A stretch of DNA of 64,000 nt from Vulcanimicrobiota bacterium (GCA_963743605.1 CAVUQJ010000013.1:38633-102632); one strand, 5' to 3'. Shown: positions 46,955 to 59,433, numbered from the stretch's first letter. Notes: generated by a model from the sequence alone, not told the origin. Program-made: numbers and translations.

Positions 46955-47233
46955 ATGGGCCGTTCGCTAAAGAAGGGCCCGTTCGTCGCCGCGCCGCTGA
47001 TCGCCAAGGTCGAGCGGATGAACTCGACGCGCGAGAAGCGCGTCATCAAGACCTGGAGCCGGGCGTCGACGATCGTCCCGGCGATGGTCGGGCACACGAT
47101 CTCCGTCCATAACGGCAAGGCGCACATCCCCGTGTTCGTGACCGAGAACATGGTCGGTCACAAGCTGGGCGAGTTTTCGCCGACCCGCACGTTCCGCGGC
47201 CACTCCGGCAGCGACAAGAGCGCGGTGAAATAG
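46955..47233 (+). CDS. rpsS: 30S ribosomal protein S19
   Basis: [74 protein letters not shown]. Confidence 0.95.
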   Translation: MGRSLKKGPFVAAPLIAKVERMNSTREKRVIKTWSRASTIVPAMVGHTISVHNGKAHIPVFVTENMVGHKLGEFSPTRTFRGHSGSDKSAVK

Positions 47234-47234
47234 C

Positions 47235-47746
47235 ATGGCGACGACGACCGAGCGCACGCAGGCGCTGGCACACCTCAAGTTCGCGCGGATGGGGCCCCGC
47301 AAGCTGCGGCGCGTCGCCGACGCGATCCGCGGCCGCAAGGTGCAGGAGGCGCTCACGATGCTGCGCTTCAGCCCCGTCTTCGCGGCCGAGCCGATCGAGA
47401 AGCTGCTGCGCAGCGCGATCGCGAACGCCGAGAACAACCACAACATGGCCACCGACGATCTGTACGTCAGCAAGATCACGGTCGACGGCGGTCCCGGCGG
47501 CGGAATCACCAAGCGCCTCGACCCGCGCGCGCAAGGCCGCGGCGCGTTCAAGCGCAAGCGGATGTCGCACGTGACGATTGCGGTCGGCGGCGCGCCGTCG
47601 AAGCGCGTCGCGCGCAAGTCCGGTGCGTCGGTCGCCGTCGCGAAGGTCGTTTCGCGCCGAAGCCGCCGCCGGCGGACACGCCGCGCAAGCAGCGCGCACC
47701 GCGCAAGAAGAAGGAAGCCGAAGCCACGGCGGGAGCCGCTTCATAA
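47235..47746 (+). CDS. rplV: 50S ribosomal protein L22 with basic C-terminal extension; frame break(s) about 47600-47650
   Basis: [38 protein letters not shown]...[52 protein letters not shown]. In the start frame there is no stop before rpsC. A shifted frame gives [30 protein letters not shown] and TAA 47744-47746. Confidence 0.85.
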
Positions 47747-47747
47747 C

Positions 47748-48779
<1,032 letters not shown>

Positions 48780-48780
48780 C

Positions 48781-49200
48781 GTGCTGACACCCAAACGCGT
48801 CCTGCACCGCAAGGTCCATCGCGGCCGGATGACCGGTCGCGCGATGGTCGGTAACACGCTGACGTTCGGCGACTTCGGGCTGCAGGCGCTCGAGCCGTGC
48901 TGGATGACCAGCCGCCAGATCGAGGCCGCCCGTGTCGCGCTGACGCGTCACATCAAGCGCGGCGGCAAGGTCTGGATCAAGATCTTCCCCGACAAGCCGG
49001 TCACGAAGAAGCCGGCCGAGACGCGCATGGGCTCCGGCAAGGGCAATCCGGAGTTCTACGTCGCCGTCGTGCGGCCGGGCCGCGTGCTGTTCGAACTCTC
49101 GGGCGTCAGTGCTCCCGTCGCGCGCGAAGCGCTCAAGCTCGCTGCCGCGAAACTGCCGATCGGCACGAAGATCGTCGCCCGAGCGGAGGCGGACGCATGA
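48781..49200 (+). CDS. rplP: 50S ribosomal protein L16
   Basis: GTG 48781. [88 protein letters not shown]. Confidence 0.93.
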   Translation: MLTPKRVLHRKVHRGRMTGRAMVGNTLTFGDFGLQALEPCWMTSRQIEAARVALTRHIKRGGKVWIKIFPDKPVTKKPAETRMGSGKGNPEFYVAVVRPGRVLFELSGVSAPVAREALKLAAAKLPIGTKIVARAEADA

Positions 49201-49418
49201 AGCGCCAGCAGTTAGATCTCCTGCGCGACCTGACGATTCCCGAGCTCGAAGACAAGGCGCGCGAGACCAAGGAAGAGTTGTTCAACCTGCGCTTCCAGTT
49301 GCGCACGGGTCACCTCTCGGACTTCAGCCGGGTGCGGGCGACCCGCCGGACGTACGCGCAGATCCAGACGGCGATCAGCGAGAAGCGGATCGTCGAGAAA
49401 CGCAGGGGAGCAGCATGA
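49197..49418 (+). CDS. rpmC: 50S ribosomal protein L29
   Basis: [62 protein letters not shown] overlap with rplP. Confidence 0.9.
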   Translation: MKRQQLDLLRDLTIPELEDKARETKEELFNLRFQLRTGHLSDFSRVRATRRTYAQIQTAISEKRIVEKRRGAA

Positions 49419-49681
49419 TGGCGAGCGAGACTCGCAACCGGCGCCGGACCAAACAGGGCCGCGTCGCCTCAAACAAGATGGACAAGACGATCGTCGTCGT
49501 GACCGAGACCCGCGTGCCGCATCCGGTCTACAAGAAGATCGTGCGCAAGTCGGCCCGCTTCAAGGCCCACGACGAGAACAACGAGGCCGGGATCGGCGAC
49601 GTCGTGCGGATCACGGAATGCCGTCCGATGTCGCGCGAGAAGCGCTGGCGTCTGCTCGAGATCGTGGAGAAAGCAAAGTGA
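49415..49681 (+). CDS. rpsQ: 30S ribosomal protein S17
   Basis: [78 protein letters not shown]. Confidence 0.92.
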   Translation: MMASETRNRRRTKQGRVASNKMDKTIVVVTETRVPHPVYKKIVRKSARFKAHDENNEAGIGDVVRITECRPMSREKRWRLLEIVEKAK

Positions 49682-50055
49682 TCCAACAGGAGACGCGGCT
49701 CAAGGTGGCCGACAACTCGGGCGCGCGCGAGCTCCTCTGCATCCACGTGCAGGGCGGGAGCCGTCATCCCTATGCGCACGTCGGCGACATCATCGTCGGC
49801 ACGGTCAAGAGTGCGATCCCGGGCGCCGCGGTCAAGAAGGGCCAGGTCGTCAAGGCGGTCGTGGTTCGCTGCGCGCAGCCGATGCGCCGGCCCGACGGTT
49901 CGATCATCAAGTTCGACGAGAACGCCTGCGTCATCATCAAGGGCGAGAAGGACAACCTCGACCCGCGCGGCACGCGCGTGTTCGGGCCGGTCTGCCGCGA
50001 ACTGCGCGACCGCGGGTTCTTGAAGATCGCAAGCCTCGCGCCGGAGGTGCTCTAG
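49678..50055 (+). CDS. rplN: 50S ribosomal protein L14
   Basis: GTG 49678. [64 protein letters not shown]. Confidence 0.93.
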   Translation: MIQQETRLKVADNSGARELLCIHVQGGSRHPYAHVGDIIVGTVKSAIPGAAVKKGQVVKAVVVRCAQPMRRPDGSIIKFDENACVIIKGEKDNLDPRGTRVFGPVCRELRDRGFLKIASLAPEVL

Positions 50056-50390
50056 TGGCGGCGACGATCATCAAGGGCGATACGGTCATGCTGCGGCGCG
50101 GCAAGGAGAAGGGCAAGCGCGGCGTCGTCAAGTCGGTCATGCCGCGCAGTCGCATGGCGTTCGTCGAGGGGCTCAACGTCGTGAAGCGTCACACGAAGCA
50201 GGGCGCGAGCGGTGCGAAGAGCGCCGGCATCTACGAAAAAGAGGCGGCGATCCCGCTGAGCGCGCTGGCGCTGGTCGACCCGAAGTCGGGCCTGCCGACC
50301 AAAGTTGCGGTGAAGATGACCGACGAGGGCCGCGTGCGCGTCTCGCGCCGGAGCGGCGAGGCGTTGCCGGCCTCCACGAAGGGACGCTGA
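50055..50390 (+). CDS. rplX: 50S ribosomal protein L24
   Basis: [42 protein letters not shown] (KOW motif). Confidence 0.9.
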   Translation: MAATIIKGDTVMLRRGKEKGKRGVVKSVMPRSRMAFVEGLNVVKRHTKQGASGAKSAGIYEKEAAIPLSALALVDPKSGLPTKVAVKMTDEGRVRVSRRSGEALPASTKGR

Positions 50391-50392
50391 CG

Positions 50393-50975
50393 ATGGCGAT
50401 GACGAGACTGCGCGAGCGCTACGAGGGCGAAGTTCGCCCCGCGCTGACGGAAAAGTTCAAGTACGGCAACGCGATGCAGGTGCCAAAGCTGGAGAAGGTC
50501 GTCCTCAACATGTCGGTCGGCGAGGCGATCGTGAACTCGAAGGTGCTCGACACCGCCGCTTCCGAGCTGCAGGTGATCAGCGGCCAGAAAGCGGTCATCA
50601 CCAAGGCCAAGAAGTCGATCGCGGCGTTCAAGCTCCGCGAGGGGATGAACATCGGCTGCAAGGTCACCCTGCGCGGTGAGCGGATGTACGTCTTCCTGGA
50701 CAAGCTGTTCAACATCGTGCTGCCGCGCATCCGCGACTTCCGCGGGCTGTCGCGCAAGGCGTTCGACGGACGCGGCAACTACAATCTCGGGCTACGCGAG
50801 CAGATCGTGTTTCCCGGAAATCAACTACGACAAGGTCGACAAGATGCGCGGTATGGACATCGTGATCGTCACGACCGCGAAGACGGACGAGGAGGCGACG
50901 GAGTTCTTGACTCAGATGGGGTTGCCGCTGCAGAAGGAGCAGGGCGCGTCCGGAGCGGGACGGGGGGGACGATAA
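50393..50975 (+). CDS. rplE: 50S ribosomal protein L5; 1-nt insertion near 50816
   Basis: [41 protein letters not shown]...[18 protein letters not shown], then [32 protein letters not shown] in the +1 frame. The raw sequence tttcccggaaatc would read FPEI as tttcccgaaatc. Confidence 0.9.
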
Positions 50976-51161
50976 ATGGCGAAGACCGCTCTCATCGAGC
51001 AATCGAAACGTCCGCCGAAGTTCAAGGTGCGCCAGCACAACCGCTGCAAAGCGTGTGGGCGTCCGCGCGGCTATTACCGCAAGTTCGCGATGTGCCGCAT
51101 TTGCTTCCGTGAGAATGCGCATATGGGGTTCGTGCCCGGCGTGACGAAGGCGAGCTGGTAA
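50976..51161 (+). CDS. rpsZ: 30S ribosomal protein S14, type Z (zinc form)
   Basis: 61 aa. [61 protein letters not shown]. Confidence 0.93.
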   Translation: MAKTALIEQSKRPPKFKVRQHNRCKACGRPRGYYRKFAMCRICFRENAHMGFVPGVTKASW

Positions 51162-51562
51162 TGGGCGTCATCACCGATCCCATCGCCGACATGCTGACGC
51201 GCATTCGCAACGCGAACACTGCGCACCACCAGACCGTCGACATCCCTGCGTCGAGGGCGAAGACGGCCGTCGCCAAGATTCTCAAGGATGAGGGTTTCAT
51301 CCGCGACATCAACGTCGTCGCCGAGGGTCCTCAGGGGACGCTGCGCATCACGCTCAAGTACGGCCCCGAGAAGGAAAAGGTCATCACCGGCCTGCGCCGC
51401 ATCAGCCGGCCCGGTCTGCGCGTCTATGCCGGGCGCACGGAGATCCCGCGCGTGCTGGGCGGGCTCGGCCTCGTCATCATCTCGACGTCGCGCGGCATCA
51501 TGTCCGGCAAGCAGGCCAAACGCGAGGGCTTCGGCGGCGAAGTCATGGCCTACGTATGGTGA
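51161..51562 (+). CDS. rpsH: 30S ribosomal protein S8
   Basis: [47 protein letters not shown]...GGEVMAYVW. Confidence 0.95.
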   Translation: MGVITDPIADMLTRIRNANTAHHQTVDIPASRAKTAVAKILKDEGFIRDINVVAEGPQGTLRITLKYGPEKEKVITGLRRISRPGLRVYAGRTEIPRVLGGLGLVIISTSRGIMSGKQAKREGFGGEVMAYVW

Positions 51563-51668
51563 CGGAAGATGTCTTTTGGGGCCCCACGCGCTTTGCGCGC
51601 TGGGGGGCGCGCAGTCCCGGGGCGGAGCACCTTTTCAACGCGCCTTTCAATACCGTGAGATAAAGCTA

Positions 51669-52217
51669 ATGTCTAGAATCGGAAAGCTTCCAGTTGCGGT
51701 CCCCGGCGGCGTCACGGTCGACATCGCCGAGTCGCTCGTGCGCGTCAAGGGCCCGAAGGGCGAACTCGAACAGCGCGTCCTGCCGATCGTGACCGTCACG
51801 CAGCGTGACGGCCAGGTCGTCGTCGAGCGCGACGGTGATGCCAAGCCCGCGCGCGCCGCGCACGGCCTGACGCGCACGCTCATCAACAACATGGTCACCG
51901 GCGTGACGAAGGGCTTCCGCAAGAGCCTCGAGATTCAGGGCGTCGGCTATCGCGTCTCCAAGGCCGGCGAGAACCTGAATTTCACCCTCGGCTACTCGCA
52001 TCCGATCACGTACCCCGCGCCGGCGGGGATCTCGTTCGCCGTCGAGGGCACGAACAGGATCCACGTCGAGGGCATCGACAAGCAGCGCGTCGGCCAGGTC
52101 GCCGCGGAGATCCGCGGGCTGCGGCCGCCGGAGCCGTACAAGGGCAAGGGGATCCGCTACGCGGGCGAGTTCGTTCGCAAGAAACTCGGCAAAGCCGGCA
52201 AGGCTGGGAAGAAATGA
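51669..52217 (+). CDS. rplF: 50S ribosomal protein L6
   Basis: [35 protein letters not shown]...[26 protein letters not shown]...[13 protein letters not shown]. Confidence 0.93.
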   Translation: MSRIGKLPVAVPGGVTVDIAESLVRVKGPKGELEQRVLPIVTVTQRDGQVVVERDGDAKPARAAHGLTRTLINNMVTGVTKGFRKSLEIQGVGYRVSKAGENLNFTLGYSHPITYPAPAGISFAVEGTNRIHVEGIDKQRVGQVAAEIRGLRPPEPYKGKGIRYAGEFVRKKLGKAGKAGKK

Positions 52218-52576
52218 TCCGCACGAAGACGGAGCAGCGCACGAGGCGCCACGCGCGCGTGCGGCGCAAGCTCATTGGAACGGCCGACCGGCCGCGCCTG
52301 CAGATCCACCGGACGCTGCACCACCTCTACGCGTTCGTCGTCGACGACGCGAAGGGGCACACGCTCGCGTCGGCGTCGACGCGCGACAAGGGTCTCGCGG
52401 AGGGGCTGCAGTCGCGCACCAACCTCGACGCAGCAAAGAAGGTCGGCACGGCGATCGGCGAGCGCGCGAAGGCCGCCGGCATCGACGCGGTCGTCTTCGA
52501 CCGCTCGGGGCTGCAGTATCACGGCCGCGTCAAGGCGCTGGCCGACGCCGCGCGCGAAGCGGGTCTCCAGTTTTGA
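52214..52576 (+). CDS. rplR: 50S ribosomal protein L18
   Basis: [35 protein letters not shown]...[28 protein letters not shown]. Confidence 0.93.
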   Translation: MIRTKTEQRTRRHARVRRKLIGTADRPRLQIHRTLHHLYAFVVDDAKGHTLASASTRDKGLAEGLQSRTNLDAAKKVGTAIGERAKAAGIDAVVFDRSGLQYHGRVKALADAAREAGLQF

Positions 52577-52600
52577 TGTTAGCGACAGGAGCCATCGGTT

Positions 52601-53110
52601 ATGAACTTTAGAGGAGGACGCGAGCGCGACGGCTCGGGGTTCGAAGAGACGGTCGTCCGCGTCAACCGCGTGGCGAAAGTCGTCAAGGGCGGTAAGCGGT
52701 TCAGCTTCAGCGCGCTCATCGTCGTGGGCGATCGCAAGGGACGCGTCGGATTCGCGATCGGCAAGGCCGGCGAGGTGCCCGAGGCGATCCGCAAGGGCGT
52801 CGAACAGGCCCGCAAGGCGCTGGTCACGGTGCCGATGGTCGAGAAGACGATCCCGCACGAGGTGACGATGCAGGTCGGCGCCGGCAGGGTCTTCATGAAG
52901 CCGGCCGCGCCCGGCACCGGCGTCATCGCCGGTGGCCCGATGCGCGCCGTGCTCGAACTGGCCGGGATCCACGACATCCTCACTAAGTCGCTCGGGAGTT
53001 CGAACCCGATCAACGTCGTGCTCGCGACGATCGAAGGTTTGCGTTCGCTCAAGACGGCCGAACAGGTCGCCAAGCTACGCGACAAGACCGTCGCCGAGTT
53101 GTTTGCGTAG
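52601..53110 (+). CDS. rpsE: 30S ribosomal protein S5
   Basis: [49 protein letters not shown]...[34 protein letters not shown]. Confidence 0.95.
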   Translation: MNFRGGRERDGSGFEETVVRVNRVAKVVKGGKRFSFSALIVVGDRKGRVGFAIGKAGEVPEAIRKGVEQARKALVTVPMVEKTIPHEVTMQVGAGRVFMKPAAPGTGVIAGGPMRAVLELAGIHDILTKSLGSSNPINVVLATIEGLRSLKTAEQVAKLRDKTVAELFA

Positions 53111-53145
53111 GAGCACTCCAATGGCAGAGACACACGAAAACGCCG

Positions 53146-53643
53146 GTGAGCCTCGCGACCCTACGCGAGAACGCGGGCGCACGCCCGAAGCGTCAGCGGA
53201 TCGGGCGCGGCCACGGCTCCGGCATGGTCAAGACCGGCGGCGAAGGCGGCAAGGGGCAGACCGTCCGCTCGGGCGGCGGCAAGGGACCCGCGTTCGAAGG
53301 CGGTCAGACGCCCTGGTCGCGCCGGCTGCCGCACAACCGCGGCTACTCGCAGAAGGGCCGCGACACCGGGCATTTCGGCACCGTCTACGCGGTCGTCAAC
53401 CTCAGCGCGTTGGCCGATTGGGATCCGTCGGTCGAGATCACGCCGCTGACGCTGAAGGCCGCGCGGCTCGTTGGCAACAGCCGCGACGGCATCAAGATTC
53501 TCGGCGGTGCCAAGGCAGGCAAGACGCTCCCGAACGGATTGACCCTGCGCGACGTTGTCTTCTCGGCGAGCGCCCGCGCGGCGCTGGCAGCCGCCGGCGC
53601 ACAACCTGGAGCCGGACGCCTCCGGGAGCTGACGCGGTGCTAA
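53146..53643 (+). CDS. rplO: 50S ribosomal protein L15
   Basis: LATLRENAGARPKRQRIGRGHGSGMVKTGGEGGKGQTVRSGGG...EGGQTPWSRRLP. No L30 gene fits in the 35-nt gap after rpsE. Confidence 0.88.
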   Translation: MSLATLRENAGARPKRQRIGRGHGSGMVKTGGEGGKGQTVRSGGGKGPAFEGGQTPWSRRLPHNRGYSQKGRDTGHFGTVYAVVNLSALADWDPSVEITPLTLKAARLVGNSRDGIKILGGAKAGKTLPNGLTLRDVVFSASARAALAAAGAQPGAGRLRELTRC

Positions 53644-54930
53644 ACAACCTGCGGGCCGCAATCCTCGTCCCCGACATCCGCAAGCGCATCGGGTTCGTGC
53701 TGGGCGCGTTCGCGCTGTTCGTGTTCATGATCCACGTGCAGATCCCGAACGTGAACGTGGAAGTGTGGGGCGCGCTGCTGCAGCAGGGGACGTTCTATAA
53801 CTTCCTGGGCTTCCTGTCGGGCGGCGCGCTGCAGCGGCTCTCCATCATCGCGATGGGGATCACGCCCTACATCAACGCGTCGATCATCATGCAGTTGATG
53901 ACGGTCGTCCTTCCGCAGCTCGAAGAGATGGCGAAGAAGGGCGGCGAGGAAGGCCGCAAGCGGATCAGCCAGTACACGCGCTGGCTGACGATCGTGCTCG
54001 CGTTGGTCCAGGCGACGACGATGTCGATCGCGATGCGCAACTCGGGCGTCTTCTACGATCATTCGATCTTCTTCCTGATCTACGTCATCCTGTCGATGGT
54101 CGCCGGGACGATGTTCCTCATGTGGCTGGGCGAGCAGATCACCGACAAGGGGATCGGCAACGGCGTCTCGCTGATCATCTTCATCGGGATCGTCCTGCGC
54201 TATCCGACCTACGTCTCGCAGACGGTGCAGCTCGGTCAGAAGTCGGGGCTGAACTACTTCGGGCTGATCCTGTTCATCGCGATCGCGCTCGTGACGATCG
54301 TCTCGATCATCTTCATGTATCAGGGGCAGCGCCGCGTTCCGGTCCAGCAAGCCCGCCGCGTCGTCGGCCGCAAGATGTTCGCCGGGCGCTCGTCATACAT
54401 TCCGCTGCGCCTGAACAACGCGGGCGTCATCTCGATCATCTTCGCGATCTCGATCCTGCTGCTTGCCGCAACAGGCGCTGTCGTGGTTCCGCCGTGCAGG
54501 GGCGACCGGCTGGAAGGCGACGGTGGCGCTCTTCGTCCAGACGTACTTCAGTCCGAACACGCTGCTCTACAACCTCGCATACTTCGTCCTGGTCGTCATC
54601 TTCACGTTCTTCTACAGCGCCGTCGTCGTCAACACGCGCGACATCGCCGACAACCTGAAGAAGAGCGGCTCGTTCATCCCCGGCATCCGGCCGGGCCAGC
54701 CGACGGTCGACTATCTCAACCGCATCTTGCTGCGCCTGACGACGGCCTCGGCCGTCTACCTCGGCCTGCTCGCCGTGCTGCCGTCGACGCTGCAGCGCGG
54801 GCTCGGCGTGACGACGTTCTACCTCGGCTCGACCTCGCTGCTGATCGTCGTCGGTGTCGCGCTCGACACGATGACGCAGATCGAGGCGCGCCTCGCGATG
54901 CGTGACTACAAGGGCTTCATCAAGCGGTGA
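53637..54930 (+). CDS. secY: Preprotein translocase subunit SecY; frame break near 54463
   Basis: GTG 53637. [28 protein letters not shown]...[23 protein letters not shown]...[21 protein letters not shown]..., then PQQALSWF...[36 protein letters not shown]...RDYKGFIKR in the +1 frame. Confidence 0.9.
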
Positions 54931-55593
54931 GCGCCCCCCGCGACGTCATCTTGCTGGGTCCCCCGGAGCCGGGAAGGGGACGCAGGCGCGGCTGCTCGAG
55001 CAGAGCCACGGCGTCGTGCAACTCTCGACGGGTGATCTGCTGCGGCGCAACCGCGAGGCCGGCACGCCGCTCGGCGTCGCCGCGCGATGGCTACATGGAG
55101 CCGCGGCGAACTGGTTCCCGACGCGCTGATCGTCGAGATGATGGAAGCCGAACTGGACGCCCGCCGCGGGAGCGTGCTGTTCGACGGCTTTCCAAGGACG
55201 GTCGCGCAGGCCGAGGCGCTCGACGCGATGTTCGCCCGCAAGAAGCGGCCGCCGGCCGTGCCGGTCCTGCTCGACATCGATCTCGATCTGATCGCCGACC
55301 GGCTCTCGGGCCGCTGGACCAACCTGCGGACCGGCCGGGTCTACCACGACCGTTACGCGCCGCCGCTCGTCGCCGGGATCGACGACGACGACGGCGGCCC
55401 GCTCGTGCAGCGCCTCGACGATCAACCGGAAACCGTGCGCAAGCGCCTCGCCGTCTACCGCGATCAGACCGAACCGCTGGTCGAGTACTACACGAGCCGC
55501 GGGCGGTTGCACCGCGTCGACGCGGCCGCGCCGGTGCGCGCCGTGACGCGCGCGATCGAGCAGGCGCTCTATCCGCGCGAGGACGCGGCATGA
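54927..55593 (+). CDS. adk: Adenylate kinase; at least 2 frame breaks (about 54970 and 55090)
   Basis: [13 protein letters not shown] / [29 protein letters not shown] / [17 protein letters not shown]...[16 protein letters not shown]...[27 protein letters not shown] lie in three frames. The P-loop is restored by adding one G to the GG run at 54969-54970. Confidence 0.88.
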
Positions 55594-56397
55594 TCACCAT
55601 CAAGTCGGCGCGCGAGATCGAGATCATGCGCCAGGGCGGCAAGATCACGGCCGGCGCGCTGTCGCATGCTGGTGCGGACCGCGCGAGGCCGGGATGACGA
55701 CGGCCGATCTCGACCGGCTCGCGGAGCAAGCGATCCGCGAGCGCGGCGGGACGCCGACGTTCAAGGGCTACAACGGCTTCCCGGCGTCGATCTGCACGTC
55801 GGTCAACAACGTCGTGGTGCACGGCATCCCCGGCGGCACCGTGCTGCGGGACGGCGACCTGTTGTCGATCGACATCGGCACGACGTTCGAGGGCTACGTC
55901 AGCGACTCGGCGATCACGATCCCGATCGGGACGATCAGCGAGCCGCGCCAAGCGGCTGCTGCGGCGTGACCCAGGAGTGTCTGATGCTCGGCATTGCGCG
56001 GATGCAGCGCGGCAACCGGCTTTCGGACATCGGCCACGCGGTCCAGGAGCACGCCGAGAAGAACGGCTACGGCGTCGTTCGGGCGCTCGTCGGGCACGGG
56101 ATCGGCCAGCAGATGCACGAGGACCCGCAGGTCCCCAATTACGGCAAGGCCGGACAGGGCCTGACCCTGCGGACCGGGCTGTGCCTGGCGATCGAGCCGA
56201 TGATCACCCAAGGTACCCACGAGGTTGAGATCCACAGCGACGGCTGGACAGTGGCTACGGCAGATGGTAAACTCGCAGCGCACTTCGAGCACACCGTCGC
56301 TCTGACGGAGGAGGGGCCCCGCATTCTGACGCTCCGGGACGTTCTGGAGCACGACGACGCGGTGCGCTACCGGCCCAAGGAGGAATTGGCAGCGTGA
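55590..56397 (+). CDS. map: Type I methionyl aminopeptidase; 2-3 frame breaks (about 55665-55690 and 55960)
   Basis: [24 protein letters not shown] / GMTTADLDRLAEQAIRERGGTPTFKGYNGFPASICTSVNNVVVHGIPGG...SIDIGTTFEGYVSDSA / VTQECLMLGIA...LVGHGIGQQMHEDPQVPNY...LAIEPMITQG...HFEHTVALTEEGPRILT. Confidence 0.88.
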
Positions 56398-56583
56398 CCA
56401 CGGTCCGCCTCGATGGCGAACGCGATGTTCCGCGTCGAACTCCAAAACGGCCACCGCGTGCTCGCGCACGTGAGCGGCAAGGTCAGAATGAACTTCATCC
56501 GTATACACCCCGGCGACCGCGTCCTCGTCGAACTCTCACCCTACGACCTCAGCCACGGACGCATCACGTACCGCTACAGGTAG
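56394..56583 (+). CDS. infA: Translation initiation factor IF-1; N-terminal region frame-disrupted
   Basis: AAGGAGG SD, then GTG 56394 (VTTVRLDGE). The body is in another frame: [55 protein letters not shown], with TAG at 56581-56583. Confidence 0.75.
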
Positions 56584-56599
56584 AAGAACGAGCAACAGC

Positions 56600-56716
56600 A
56601 TGAAAGTCCGACCGTCCGTCAAGCGCATCTGCGAAAAATGCATCATCATCCGTCGCGAAGGTAAGGTTCGTGTGATCTGCACGAGCAATCCGAAGCACAA
56701 GCAGGTACAGGGGTAA
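56600..56716 (+). CDS. rpmJ: 50S ribosomal protein L36
   Basis: [38 protein letters not shown] (not in the ORF track because it is under 60 aa). Confidence 0.9.
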   Translation: MKVRPSVKRICEKCIIIRREGKVRVICTSNPKHKQVQG

Positions 56717-57100
56717 TGGCACGTATCTCAGGAATCGATCTGCCGCGCGAGAAGCGCATCGAGATCGCGTTGACTTACATCTTCGGCATCGGCTTGCCGA
56801 CCGCGAAGAAGATCCTCGAGCAGACGGGCGTCGACCCGAACATGCGCGTCAAGAACCTGTCCGAGGACCGACGAGAAGCGCCTGCGCGACGCGATCGACG
56901 GACGGATCAAGGTCGAGGGCGACCTGCGCCGCGAAGTCTCGGGCAACATCAAGCGGCTGACGGACATCGGCTGCTACCGCGGCTTCCGCCACCGGCGCGG
57001 GCTGCCGGTCCGCGGCCAACGGACGAAGACGAACGCCCGGACCCGCAAGGGCCCGAAGAAGACGGTCGGCGTTCGCAAGAAGGCCGCAGCCAAGAAGTAG
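56716..57100 (+). CDS. rpsM: 30S ribosomal protein S13; 1-nt insertion near 56868
   Basis: [51 protein letters not shown], then [65 protein letters not shown] in the +1 frame, with TAG at 57098-57100. Confidence 0.9.
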
Positions 57101-57107
57101 CCCGCCG

Positions 57108-57506
57108 ATGACGTCGCGCGATCCGTTCGTCGCGATCGATCACGTGCAACTCGCCATGCCGCCCGGTCAAGAAGACCGGGCGCGTGCGTTTTACGGCGGT
57201 CAGCTCGGCATGACCGAGGTGCCGAAGCCGCCGGAGTTGGCGGCCCGCGGAGGCGCCTGGTTTCGCAGCGGTTCCGTCCAGCTGCACCTCGGCGTCGAGC
57301 CGGAGTTCCGGCCGGCCCGCAAGGCCCACGTCGCCCTGCGGTGTGCGCGCTTCGCGCAGCTGACCGAGGCGCTCGCCGCGACGACCACGGTCACCCGCGC
57401 CGGCGCGTTCGAGGACGGGCTCGAGCACGCCTACGTCGACGACCCGTTCGGCAACCGCATCGAACTCATCGCAACGGAAGGGTGCCCCACACCAGAGATG
57501 CCATGA
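57108..57506 (+). CDS. VOC (glyoxalase/bleomycin-resistance) family protein
   Basis: [68 protein letters not shown]...[11 protein letters not shown]. Confidence 0.8.
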   Translation: MTSRDPFVAIDHVQLAMPPGQEDRARAFYGGQLGMTEVPKPPELAARGGAWFRSGSVQLHLGVEPEFRPARKAHVALRCARFAQLTEALAATTTVTRAGAFEDGLEHAYVDDPFGNRIELIATEGCPTPEMP

Positions 57507-57718
57507 CAGTCGGCTTCCGCTTTTCCGCTCCAGTTTCGTTGCTCGTCGCTCAAATAGCGGTGCTATGCCACGCTCCTCGCGCCTCGCTGGAACGAAAAAT
57601 CGCTGCGCCTTTATGTCACTCCACCTCTGGCGCGGGGCACGCCTTCAGAGTCCCTTCACAAACCGCTGGTACGGTCGGCGGGTCGTTCCCCGCTCGCGCC
57701 ACGGAGGTTTGCTTTTCG

Positions 57719-58915
57719 ATGTTCCGTCCGTCGCTTTCGTTCGCGGCCGTCGCCGCGTTGTTGCTGCTCGCGCCCGCGGCCGCGCCGGCGCGCACGGTCC
57801 TCCCCGCTCCGCACGCTGCCGAGCGTTCGCTGCAGCACGCGGGGGCGCGTGCTCATCCCGGTTCCGTCGGCCTCGGCGCCGTCCTGTCCACGCTCAACGG
57901 CGGTCAAGTGTTCGGCTTCGACATCGACCAGAACGGCAACGACGGCGTCCTCGCCGCCGGCGGCGGGGGCGACCAGATCGAGACCTTCGATCAGGACACG
58001 GGCAAGATCGGCAAGTCGACCGGCCCCGAAACGCAGACGCGCTCGTACAGCGCCGTCGGCATCTTCACCGGCAACGTCGGGCTCATCACGCGCTACGTCG
58101 TGCCGAAGGGCCAGATCTACGCGACCCGCCACTACTTCGTCATGAACCCGGTGACCAAGGGGAAGTTCACCCACGAGTGGACGCCGCCGATCAAGGACCT
58201 CAGCGTCCTCGAAACGGCCGAGAACCAGACGACCGCCACCAGCGTCCTGTACGCCATCGAGTTGAAGAATCAGGACGTGCCCGACCTGATCGTCTCCAAC
58301 GTCGCCGCGAACACGTTCGGTAAGGTGATCCACCTGGATCCGAACCTGTTCTCGCTCGGGAACTCCCCGCAGCTCGGGCAGTACACGGCGGCGGGTGAGG
58401 CCGTCGTGGCGTCGTCGCCGGACGGCGGCGCGGCCGGCGGCGAACCGCCGATCAACGAACTCGTGAACCTCTCGACCGGCAAGCTGCTCCAGTTCAACGG
58501 CTACAACAACGGCCCGTTCCACGCCGGCAACGTCAACGGGCTGGCGGTCGATCCCAACACCGGCGTCGCCGCGACCGACACGGAACTCAACGCCCAAGTC
58601 GAGTTCTACAACCTCAACACGCAGCAGGGCATCGCCGCCGTGCAGTTGCCGTGCACGGGCAGCTCGAGCCAGATCAACAGCGGGTCGGGAATCGCGGTCG
58701 ATCCGGTCAATAAGCTGTTCCTCGTCACCGAAACCTCTGCTGCCTGTGTTCAGGGGAGCATCATCGCCGTCTACGACGAGTCGGGGAACCTGATCGAGAC
58801 GATCCCCGGCTTCAAGTTCGCCATCGGCGAACCGGCGCCGGCGATCAACCCGAGCAAACGCATGGGCTGGACGTTCGGACCGAACTTCAGCCAGTTGCAG
58901 CAGTTCTTCTACTAG
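57719..58915 (+). CDS. Hypothetical secreted protein
   Basis: MFRPSLSFAAVAALLLLAPAAAPA signal; 398 aa with good codon bias and no recognised domain. The upstream part of ORF 57341..58915 is Arg-rich and unlikely to be coding. Confidence 0.6.
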   Translation: MFRPSLSFAAVAALLLLAPAAAPARTVLPAPHAAERSLQHAGARAHPGSVGLGAVLSTLNGGQVFGFDIDQNGNDGVLAAGGGGDQIETFDQDTGKIGKSTGPETQTRSYSAVGIFTGNVGLITRYVVPKGQIYATRHYFVMNPVTKGKFTHEWTPPIKDLSVLETAENQTTATSVLYAIELKNQDVPDLIVSNVAANTFGKVIHLDPNLFSLGNSPQLGQYTAAGEAVVASSPDGGAAGGEPPINELVNLSTGKLLQFNGYNNGPFHAGNVNGLAVDPNTGVAATDTELNAQVEFYNLNTQQGIAAVQLPCTGSSSQINSGSGIAVDPVNKLFLVTETSAACVQGSIIAVYDESGNLIETIPGFKFAIGEPAPAINPSKRMGWTFGPNFSQLQQFFY

Positions 58916-58923
58916 GGTCTAAG

Positions 58924-59433
58924 ATGAAGCGCATGGTTGAAGAAAACGCCGATTGGGAGAAGCGTCTAGCAGCCGTATGGGCGACGCTCGACGACCGCGA
59001 TGGAGAACAGTTCGTCGCCGCGATCGACGATCTCGTCGCGGAACTGCCGGATGGGAGCGCGATCGGCCCGTTCGAGCGCGCATGCGCCTTCGATTCTACC
59101 GGTCACTCCGATCTGGCAGTGCCGTTGTATAAATCTGCGCTGGACATCGGTTTGACCGGCACGCGTCGTCGCCGCGCGGTCATCCAAATGGCAAGTTCGA
59201 TGCGAAACATCGGAAAGGCGCAGGAAGCGGTTGCGCTACTCTCTGCCGAACTCGAGGCCGAACCGGATGAACTCACCGGAGCCGTCCGAGCTGTCCTCGC
59301 GCTCAGTCTCGTCAACGTCGGTCGCGAACGCGAGGCGGTAGCCGTCGCGCTCACGGCGCTCTCCGAATACTTACCTCGTTACAACAGATCTCTGGCCAAC
59401 TACGCCCGCGAACTCAGCGAGGAACGCGACTAG
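58924..59433 (+). CDS. Tetratricopeptide repeat protein (TPR_5-like)
   Basis: WEKRLAAVWATLDD...FERACAFDSTGHSDLAVPLYKSALDIGLTGTRRRRAVIQMASSMRNIGKAQEAVALL...LPRYNRSLANYAREL. Confidence 0.7.
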   Translation: MKRMVEENADWEKRLAAVWATLDDRDGEQFVAAIDDLVAELPDGSAIGPFERACAFDSTGHSDLAVPLYKSALDIGLTGTRRRRAVIQMASSMRNIGKAQEAVALLSAELEAEPDELTGAVRAVLALSLVNVGREREAVAVALTALSEYLPRYNRSLANYARELSEERD

